DNA from: Selaginella moellendorffii
Lineage: Eukaryota; Plantae; Lycopodiophyta
Reading direction: 5' to 3'
NCBI RefSeq assembly: GCF_000143415.4
Contig: NW_003314314.1
Span: 1,307,771-1,371,770 of the forward strand
Length of the DNA stretch: 64,000 nt
A program made the translations under genes and the position numbers. The stretch's first letter is position 1, and every line of letters starts with the position of its first letter. Shown piece by piece: positions 24,445 to 35,056 of the stretch. The notes beneath the pieces were generated by a model. The model ran no database searches, was not told the DNA's origin, and saw only the letters and a program-made list of their open reading frames with translations.

Positions 24445-26509
24445 CTTCAAGAGGTTTGTCGAGACATGTAGCGAGCAGCAACCACATAAAACCCGCCTCT
24501 TGGAAAATGGAACTCGAGACACCCAACGAGTTCTCCCTTCCATGTATACAAAGGTTGCCATATTGGAAGATGTGAATCGGGAACTCCAGAATAATGGCTA
24601 TAGGAAGCTGAGCCAATCTAGATTTAGTAGATTGTGGAGCAACAGGTTCAGGGATGTGAGTATAGGAAAGTACTCCTGCTTTTCAAAGTGTGACGAGTGC
24701 ATTGCTATCAAAATGGCTTTGTCGAAGAATTCTTGCATCGCTCAAGAGCGAGAGACGTTGGTTAGAAGGCGGCTCGACCACAACATCGAGCAGAGAAGCT
24801 GCAGGATTGCATATTATCATAACAGGATTCTCTCCATGGAGAGACCTGACTCTTACCTCTGCATCATCCACGACAAAATGGACTAAAAAAAGACGTGCTT
24901 ACCTCGACTCAATCCTGCCCCCAAGGCAATCTCTTCATCCATGCAGCTGCCTGTGTCTCTGTTTGGCATAATCGCTCATGGGCATGGTGCCCAGAACTAT
25001 GGGAACTTCTTTGTACCTCTATGGGGTGGCGGGGGTGCAAACATGATGATTGCGTCCCTAGCAAAACACTTAAGGTCTCTGCAAAGTGCGCAGACTGAGC
25101 TGAACGGCCAACCCTTGTATAAGGCCCTTGTCGATCGAACCCCATACAGGGTTCAGCTGGAGGAGGAGCAAAGGCTTGCAGTATCGCGTGGGGCCCCATG
25201 CCATCCCAGTGAATATGTTGACCGTCAGATTGTAGGGTTATCACGTGAGGCCTCATGCCATTCCGACGAGGCTGGTCGCCCGGTGAATGCACAGCCTCAT
25301 CCAAACGAAGCAGAATCTCAAGGAAGTTCTTGCGGCCGATGTGGCCTTCCACCCCATCTTCTGCTCCAAACAGACAATGCTGGCAGTGAGAACAAAAACA
25401 TGTACGTCTTCGCGTACTTGGCGATGCTTGTTGCCAAAGGCATATTTGAAACGGTTATACTTGGCTTTCTCATGGTTGGGCACACTCATGAAGACGTCGA
25501 TGCCATGTTCAGTCACCTGGCAGAGTCCCTCCGGCGATCCAATGTCCTCACCCTCCCACAACTCTACGATGAATTCCAAAATTGCATCAAAGGCACTGTT
25601 GAAGCTGCACTTGTGACAAAGGTTCCAGACTTTAAGGGGTTTGTAAGAGGCTACATCAGGGACGGATCCGAAACGCTGATTGGCCACTCCAAGCCTCTTC
25701 AGTTTCATTTCAGCATGCGTGACGGTGCTCCAGTGATGAGGTACAAGATGAGAGAATGGGACATAGTGTGGCTGCCAGTGGACGGCATTGAACTCTTCAA
25801 GAGAGATCCCATAACTGGGGAACCTATGATTCCTCAGGGTTCCCCACGGCCGATGCACCCGGATGGACTCAAAGACTAGGAAAGTATAGTGGCCGGGATT
25901 AGACAGCATATTGTCTTCTGGAAGAGGGGGTTGGTGTTTGGTGGAGAATCCTATTTTCAGAGGTGCAAGCCTTTGCTTGAATATTGGGAGAAGATTATAT
26001 CTGCTATCCAAAATGGGCCAGTTGTATATGAAGAATTGGAAGAGTCCTTTTGGCCAGAACCCAGAGCACTATATAGTAGCGGAACAATGTCCTCTGGAAA
26101 TGCAGTGACAGATAACGATGTTAAGGATCACTATTGTGGGCCGAGGAACAAGAAGCCGGATTCAGCATTCAATCCAGTACAGGTCTACAAAGGAATGGTC
26201 GTGCTTGTCAGACCCAGTATTAAAAAACAAATGATATGGGTGGGGCGCTGCATCACTGATGCAGAGGAGGATGCGGAAACTAACTCCTTCAATGTAACTG
26301 TGGAGTGGTTCAAGCCAAGTTCCGGATATACGAAGGATTGCCTAGAAAAGAGATGGGTGCTGAATCCAAGGGATCCCAGCATGAGCATATCGGTGGATAA
26401 TGTTGTGCATGGTTGGATGCGGAAGCAGAGTGCCACCATCACCTTGCCAGACCATGCAAGAGATGCAGCAAGAGCATTCATAACCCGGGTTCAAGGTGAG
26501 ATTCATTAA
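24445..26509 (+). pseudogene. Sola-like DDD transposase core and C-terminus (copy B), two in-frame stops
   Basis: SKCDEC, IIHDKMD, QTDNAGSENKN and FLMVGHTHEDVD motifs lie in one frame across ORFs ending 24886, 25879 and 26509. Confidence 0.85.
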
Positions 26510-28184
26510 TATTCCTTTACTAAGTTTCTAATGTATTTTATTTCAAGGTGAACAATTCGAATCTGAATCAGAGGAGGCGTGATGGCATGTGGCCTTACGC
26601 CATTCCTAGGTGAGATGATACAAATAACAAGTATAAATTCTTAGTTGTTCTAGCAAATCTTACTTAAAGTTCAAGGTGAACAAGCCGAATATGAATTCAT
26701 CGGATTGTTATAACAAATTGCGAGGTGATGGCATGAGGCGATACGCCATTTGAGAGTGGTAGCCATTCCTATATGAGGTGAGTGAAATATTTATTAGAAA
26801 TACCTCATTCAATTGTGCACTTCTAAGTCTTGGTCCACTCAATACTGTTTGCATGTTTCTATTTTAATTCTTTCTCTAAAATGTTATTTAGCATGTGGCT
26901 TCATGCCATTGCTCTCCACAATCATGCATTGAATTTTTCTATCCTTGCATAATACTTCTCTATATATATAGCATGTGCACACATGTGATATGGTTCATTA
27001 GGCCTGATATAGTGTGTGAGGTAAAACAAAGATGATGTGACATATGCATTTACCAATCACATGTGCATAAATCTAATAATATGGCGTGTGGCCCATATTA
27101 ATGGCATATAAACCCATATTGTGGGCTTATATGCTTTATGTACCATCATTCCCTTGCAGTGTGTGTGTTGGTTTCCTTTTATAACACAACGAACTCCATA
27201 TTTTAGGGTGAAGAGCGTTCTCATGGCAAGCACAAAATCTGTAAGTGAGGCAGAAAAGGAGACGGAGAAGGAGATAGGTGAAGATGTAGAATATATAAGT
27301 CTTCCAAACTCCCCGTACTATACTCCAGGTGATCATTTTTCTGAACAAACGGCAACATTAACAACTATTGAGAATGCCCCAGTAACGTCAGAGACAACAA
27401 TTCAAAGCAAAACAACTGACCCGGAGAAGGATGATAGTACCGCTGAGAGTACCAAACAGGAGGTGTCCACTAGCGCTTAGGCTTATAATGGCGTGTGCCC
27501 TCATGCCATTTACTTGATCACCAAATACCTTTTTCCCTTTGCACTAGTATATCTTAATACCGGTCTGAGAAATAGAATGGCATGTGCCCTCAGGCCTTTT
27601 ACTAAATCACCTTTGAAAGAAATGCAAGCCTCTATGTCGTAAAAAAAAGGTCCTAGAGAAATTCCTTAATAATATGAATGTTATTTAGTTTCATGAAAAT
27701 ACACTAAGGGTCAAATGAGTTAAATGACTTCTCCAGACTAGCAATGCCTCTTGCTACACCTTCACAATTAGATTCGTTAGAAAAAGATAATATTGAATAA
27801 TATCTAAATGTTCTCACCATTAAGTTATATGTCTGGCTAATAGGAATGACGTTCATCTTGGAAAGCTCACCACACGCTCAATGAACAAACAAATAGTGTG
27901 TGCGCGCATGCCATCGCTCTTCTTTAGCTTCAGATTCGGCTTGTTCACCTTGACAATGAGATTTATTATACAACCAGATGGACTCAGTCTGGACACAAAG
28001 TCACCGCGCTAGTCACCATGCCCTAGATATGTCTAGCCCCTGGACAAAAAACATATAATTTCACGTCATTTTCAAATACTTGAAAATTTGTACCTAGTCC
28101 CATTTTACTGAATAAATCCCACTTTAACGAAATAGAGCATAGCACCAATAAAAGTCGGACTGAGGAACAGCTCCAATACCAAGT

Positions 28185-29936
28185 TATAAGCGACTAATTT
28201 TTCCATTTTACTTTAGTCACTTAACCGCACCTCCGACCACTTGGAGGAGTCTCACTCGCAATCTCCATAAATCCTATTTTGGACTTGGGCTTACTAGCCC
28301 TGAGAATGGCATCCCCGCCACTCAACCTATGCACTTGGTCCAAGTGCTCCATGTGTCCGATCCCATGACCGACACCCTAGGGTACCACCAACATATCAGC
28401 CTGTTATGCTAAGGCCATGCCCATTCACCTTCGTCACAACGATGGTCTGACACCACCTGCATCCCAGTCCTATCACTCAAAGACTGGGCCATCCATCCAT
28501 AAGTGATCATCCCAAATCCACTCCTTAGCATTCTTAAGATGCCCACAGACATGGGGATTAGCCTTCCCCAATATCTCCGTTCCAGTCCCCACCAAGTCCC
28601 TTTTCATCCTTGGCCGTATTCGCCAACACTGCCACTGGATCAAGGCCTACGGGCCCGACCACTAAGTCCCATTGTCCTCTAGGACTTCCTCCCTATGTGA
28701 CTGTGTCCTTGGTCACCACACCAGAGGACTACTCCTCTTCCTTTCCACAATCTGGGACTTTGGGACGACATTTCGGAACACCGTGGCCCTACGCGGGCCT
28801 CGTGGGTACTCTCCCGGCCTTTCGCCTTTAGGTGCTCTAGCCATGGGCTTAGAGCGAGGTTCCATTGAGCCACACCAGGTATCCAAGTAGGTAGTGCCAC
28901 CCACACTTGGACTGGGAGCATCGGCCAGACGATCTCCCGGGGGAACTAGAGCCGGCTCTTGAACACTTCACCAAGCTACCCCGCTTGTCGGTCCGTGTTC
29001 ACTCTAGTCTTGGACTTCCCAATGGTCAGCTCATCACCCAACACTGGGTGCAGCCTCTCTGGGCCAAACTGGCCTTTCCTGGCCAAACTGGCTCCACTGC
29101 AGTCCTCCCCCTTACTATACTTTTGGAGCTCACCAAACCCCCTAGGGTTTGGGAGACGAATGCTTTGGGCTTTCACCCTCTCAGACTCGGACTCGAACTC
29201 GGACTCGGACTCGAACTCGGACTCGGACTCGGACTCGGCCTCGGTCTCGGTCTTGGTCTCGGTCTCGATCTCGGTCCCGATCTCAGTCTCGGTCTCGGTC
29301 TCGGTCTTGGTCTCGGTCTCAGTCCCGGACTCGGTCTCGACCTCGGACTCCCTCTCGGGTCCTTCTCGGACTCCATCTCAAATTCCATCTCGGGTCCATC
29401 TCGGACTCCATCTCGGACTCCCTCTGGGACTCCGTCTCGGTCCATCTTGGACTTCGTCTCGGACTCCGTCTCGGTCCATCTCAGACTCCATCTCGGACTT
29501 CGTCTCGGTCCACCTCAGACTCCATCTCGGACTCCATCTCGGACTCCATATCAAACTCCGTCTCGGTCCACCTTGGACTCCATCTCGAACTCCGGCTCGG
29601 TCCACCTCGGACTCCATCTCGGACTCTGGCTCGGTCCACCTCGGACTCCATCTCGGAATCCATCTCGGTCCATCTTGGACTCCATCTTGGAGTCCATCTC
29701 GGATACTTCCACGTGTCATGTGTTGGTCCTTTTTAGGTCCCTTTTTGGAGCCTTGCTTATTGGTTGCCTCGTGCTCGCTCCTCGAGCACTTTGTTGGGAG
29801 TTCCACTCCCGCTCTCAACCTTCCAAGTCGGAGCTTTTAGTCCAAACGTGTTACGCTCATTTGGCTTTCGCTTCGGCCACTACCACGTGGCGCCCTTTCG
29901 GCTCCACTTTGGGGCCTAGGGATTTTGTGTCTCACA
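28185..29936 (-). mobile_element. LTR-A 5' LTR with Met-like PBS; internal region cut by transposon copy B
   Basis: Reverse complement of LTR-A. On the minus strand it is followed by TGGTATTGGAGC (28170-28181). No TSD. Confidence 0.8.
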
Positions 29937-30139
29937 AGTGGCTAACTCCATTGGTCATTTCCTTGTCAGTGATAGTTGGATGTTGTATGAGTTGTAGTGC
30001 ATTTGCATTAGACAAAGAGGTTATCCTAATTTATTTAAGCTGATGTATTTCTTATAAAGTGTGAACACCAAAAAAAATTTCTAAAGTTGTTTCATTGCCG
30101 GTGGTCTAGAGTAGAGTATGCATCAACAAGGATGTCAAT

Positions 30140-31280
30140 CTTCCTTAGGGGGGAGAGTGTCACGAATGTGACTTCGGGTATCAAAAGTTACCTATTGACT
30201 AATCCTTTTGAATATTCTTTCTTTACTGCTACGATGGAAAGAGGCTGGTATTGCTAAACCCTTTATCAATCCCTCTTGTTCAAGTGTTAGTAAACTTGAC
30301 TTAGCATTTGTACATCGCCAGACAAGTATAAGGAAAGAATTCTTAGGTGTCTATTTAGCCAAGCATACTTGGCTTGGTTTTTTAGTTCTCTTTTGCTCTA
30401 TCCTGCACTAGCTTAACAAGAACCCTTGTGGTATTGAGATTGGTCCCTCAAAATTTTCTAAATGATAGCTTACCATGTCTGCTAAACACCCTCGCTATCA
30501 TATCCTTTGTGTTAGTATTTTTTGGTCTGAATTGTTATTTATGGAAAGTGTCTAGATTTGTTAATTTGGCATATTTACAGAATGTAGAGATTGTCTTGAA
30601 TATAATGGTGTTGGTATCACATCCAAATTCGTAATCTAAGGTCATTCCATATTTAGTAAGTTTTAAATTTATCCCAGAAACTAACTCTTGGTACTAAGGG
30701 TGGCTAAGGGTGAAAGCCCAAAGTGTGCATTCCTCAGGGGGGGGGGGGGGGGGGGGTTTGTCAGGGGTTCCAAATGTATAGTAAGGATAGTGGATAACTT
30801 GGGCATGGCTGACCAACCTGAGGCATAGTTTAGTTTTCACTTGCATGCCTATCCTTGTTACATCCAACTTGGGTCTAAGCCCAAGTTCCACACCAAGATA
30901 GTTGGTGGAGTACCCATTGGCCACCAATATGCTGAAATAATGTTAGACTCCATTTAGCTCCATTTTGTATCTTACTTCTGGCATTGGGATGTTAGATGCT
31001 CTAGGACTACTCCATGCTTTTGTCCCTTTATTCCTTGGCCTATACACTCAAGAGTTGCTCCATGCTCTGATTCTTTTGCTTTTTAGCTCCATGGTTAAGA
31101 GTTTGGCTTTGTTCCTTCATTTAGTGGCATAAGGTCATGAAACTTGGGCTCCACTCGATTGTCCTTGGACACGTGGCATATGGTGAGTGACATATGGCAT
31201 ATGGAAGGTGTAAGTTCTGCTTCGTAATTATCTTATGGTAAATCATCATAGGATAAAGGGTGAAAACCATGTTCACTAGA
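30140..31280 (+). mobile_element. PPT and LTR-like fragment of a further LTR family
   Basis: Purine tract AGGGGGGAGAG followed by TGTCAC at about 30147-30163. Segments match 46780-47370 in reverse complement. Confidence 0.5.
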
Positions 31281-31352
31281 ATCTATGGATGGATAGCTAA
31301 CACTTTGTTCCTTGTGTAGTGAGTAACTGAAACCAAGTAAAACCAAGTAAAA

Positions 31353-34300
31353 CCCTTCTTCCTTTTCGAATCAAACGCCTCTGATCCCGACGACTGTCCA
31401 ACGTGCTTTCGCTTTTTATGACCACTGTCAATTTGAGCTTGGCTGGTGCTTGCCTGTTTTGCCTTTGAAGAAGTGTCTCCTGCAAGGAATGGCATGAGAC
31501 CACACGCCATTGCAAATATAATTTGTACCTCCTTTTTTCCTATTGCTTGTCTGTTTGTCCTTCTTCGACGCGCCACTAGTGCGCTTTTCAGTCCTCATGT
31601 CTGAATATTCACAACAATCTATAATCAAAATGGCGTGAGGCCTCACGTGACCTTACCTTGTGCAGGTTGTGAGCTCGGCCCAACATGGGTATCTTCAACA
31701 GTAGCTATTAACGCCGTTTCAGCATCTGGGGGTGGCCACGCTCCTGCATACAGAGCTTGTGAGATAACATTTAAACTTAAAGTGCGTACTCACCAGGTTT
31801 GCAGAGAAGATACTATTTTTCTTTGGCAACTGTAATTATATGCTCCATTGAAGTCACCTCTTCAATGGAGTTTGTCACCGCAACACACGGGACACTCTTG
31901 AGTAGTGCAGCTCAAAAGAATAGTCCGCCGCAGTTGTACTCGACAACGCATTTGCCCTTGGAGTCGGAAGCAGGTGACCCACCCGCTATTGCGTTGAAGA
32001 CCCAGCTGAGCATTTCCCATGCTGCACCTGGAGCTTTCTCTGGATTCGAAAGCTCCATAGCCGTCTTCAGTTCCTTAGGCACGGGTAAATTGACCTCCCT
32101 CAGATCAATTCGATCGGCCTTGTCGAACGAAGCTGGGAAGTCACTCCAGTCCCACTCTGCTGCAGGACCAATAACAAGGGCGAGTGTGAAGATGCGGACA
32201 TTCGTCGGTATCTTCTTCTTAGCCATTATCCCATGGATCTCCTGCATCTCCTTGCCTTTCAACTGAGCCTTCACCTCGTTCAAGGCCTTCCAGAACTTGT
32301 GATAGGATTCGGAGTCGTAGATCATATAGTGGACTGAAGATTCCACCTCTGCAAGTCCCACCATTAAGTCAATGATGGAGCTGACTTCGTCTGCATGAGT
32401 GATCTCCTCGTTTGTGAAGTCCATCACACAAAAGATGTTCTTGACCTGCTCATCTCCGCGGGAAATGATGCTCCTCCACCTTTGATCCTCATCCGAATTC
32501 ACATATACCCGGTAAGGTTCTCGATAGGCCTCTGCTGCGGGGTCGAGCTGTTTTTGAAGCCGGCGGTCGACATCCCTCTTAATGAAATTTGGATACTGAT
32601 CCAACTTCTCAGCTTTATTTTTTCGTGGCATCCCGCAGCAGATCGATGAACTTGGGGGCCCCCTTCACGTACTCGTCGATGTCTTCATTTGACAACTCCA
32701 GCTCTTCCATCATCTCTTGCGTGGTGTCGACGCTCACCCTCTCCACGGCCACTTGCTCGAGGATCCAATCCTTCAATAGCGCACAAGCTCTCAGAGTCGT
32801 GCACAAGTCCTCGTATGTCACAATATGGCCGGGAGTCATTTTGGTCTTGTTGAAGACTACCTCACCACGTAGAAGAGCATTAGCCACTGTCAGAAGGTCG
32901 TCGTCGTCTAGAGACCGCGAGAAACGCAAGGCGTTGAGCTTCAAATCATTGGGCTTCCGGCCGTCCTCCACACCCATTGAGTTTAGCAACTCCCTGTCAT
33001 GGTACCTCCTTAGCACATCTACCCATTTGTCAAAAACAACTTTTGTCGCGAGTAGAATGTTATGGATGCTGAGTGTGTCATTGACCCCCAGTGTTTTCGA
33101 GAGAAGACTCGAGAATTCCTGCAATGGAAATGGCGTGAAGCCACATGCTATGCCACATGCAACGAGGCTTACCTGCCAGGCGCTAGTTGCTAGTGCACGT
33201 CCTTGTCCTGGTTTTTGTGGCTTCTTCAGTTGAACCCAGAGCTTTCGTGTTCGTGCCAATGTCTCGTGCAGACCCGATTTGTAGCACGTTTCTTGCTTGA
33301 CATTCTGCGCGTGGGAGATGTATATGATAGATCAGAGGGGCGAATTGCCTTTTATCAGGCGGACAACTCTTGTCTTGAAGACTTTCTTCAGCTCCTCGCC
33401 CACCATAATATCCACAACTATCTCTTGCATCGCCAAGCTAGAATGCTGCCCGGAGACGGCATAGAACTGGATGTTCTGATCGTCCAACACCTTCCTCTTG
33501 ATCAAGTTTGGAAACCTCGTCTCGCCCTTCATTGTTCGGTAGTAGGGGATCACGTCTGCGATGTCGGGTGTTACTGGACTTGCCAGCATCTTCTGCTTCA
33601 GTTTCTCCACCCACTCATCAGATACTAGCCTGTGGTTGTATTTGCTTTGGATGTCGATACGGCTCACATCGATTGTATATACTTTGTTGGAATAGTAACA
33701 AGTACTATTATCTGCGACGATTTTTGCTGCCTCTTCTTGCTCTTTCTGCTCTTTGCGGCTCTTCTTTTTGGTGGGTGTAGTGTTCGAACCCGAGGCAATG
33801 GCATCACCAAGTAGCTTCTTTTTTGGAGCAGGAGAGTCGGACGTCGGCTTGAGCTTGACCACCCTTTTCTGCTTCGGGGTAGTTTCCAGATCGACCCCCT
33901 TCCCCTTTGCTTCGCGAACTGGAGGCACTTTCAACGGCTCAATGTTGGAATATAGTTTTTGAACATCGCCGTAGGTGAGGTCCGTGGATTCCATGTGATC
34001 TTCATAGACCCGCAGCGTCTTTGAAATTGTGGGCCTCCTGGACAACCTCTCCCTAGCTCCCTCTAGGAATTCCTCATAGCCGCTGCCCCCCTCCGGGAAG
34101 CCGCTAGGATGTGCAAGGTGGATCTTGAAGGCGGACGCTGTCTCTACCACAAGTGCTAGTCCATATTCTTGCATGGAACTGCATGGAGTGTCTGTCACTT
34201 GGATGAGGATCCCCATGCATTCTTTTCTCCCACCATCTGTGTTGTACAGCCTCAGATCCTTGCCTTCCATCCCGAAAGTCCAACTAGTGAGCTCCTCCCC

Positions 34301-34593
34301 CTTCTCTGCATCCACATTGACAGTGGCTGGAAGAAGAACGCAATTCCTCGCCTGTTCAGAAATGCACAACAATTAGAGCTGACAGATGAAAAGCTAGTAG
34401 CTGGAAATAACGTGAGGCCACACGCCATTCACCACTGCATCAGATGTCTTGAGGCTGCATCCTAAAATGGCGTGAGGCTACACGCCATCTGTAACCGGAC
34501 TGCACTCGAGAGCCCAATCGGTGCATGCCAATGTTGCTACTGAATGGCATGTGGCCTCATGCCATTTTCTACTTGGCCTAAAAGACTTACCAT
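31353..34593 (-). pseudogene. 5' two-thirds of cargo gene (copy C) with ParB-like and MTase-like regions
   Basis: ORFs 33332-34372, 32615-33259 and 31912-32631 match copy A. Frameshift near 32620. Confidence 0.75.
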
Positions 34594-35056
34594 TTGAAGC
34601 CGAATGGAGGCGTGACAATCGAGGCCGGACTCGCTGGCGAATGTGCACTGTGTGTGCAACGGATCGTAGCAGCAAGGCTACTCTGCCACTTACAGTTGGA
34701 GAGTGGCGCTGAAATCTCCCGAGACGCCAAGTGGGCTGCGTGTGGGTGGCGGAGTGGGCAGCGGAGTTGGCGGCGAAGTTACAAATTGGGTGTGTCTTGG
34801 GCCATCTTGGGCCCTTACAATTTCATGGTTAGCATATTGTCATGTATGTTTTTACTTGCCTGCAGCTGTGTGTATATCAAGATGGCATGAGGCCTCATGC
34901 CAATTTTGTGAATGCGAAATTTCACGTGGGTGTCAATAACATGTTTGAATAATGGCATGTGGCCTCATGCTATTGAGGTTGTTTGGTATGTTATGATTTA
35001 GGCCATTCTCCAATCATTTTTTGTATGGTCTTAACTTCTTTTCTGCACTTTCAGAA

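Larger units (their letters stand above)
20129..28138. mobile_element. TIR DNA transposon copy B, both TIRs present, central region deleted
   Basis: TIRs at 20129-20150 and 28117-28138. A junction at 24444/24445 fuses the cargo gene (minus) to the mid-transposase (plus). Confidence 0.9.

Noticed and set aside
24047-24886. 279 aa ORF spanning the copy B junction as a new chimeric gene
   Set aside because: Its N-terminal half is antisense cargo sequence joined by deletion, and it stops at the first catalytic motif.
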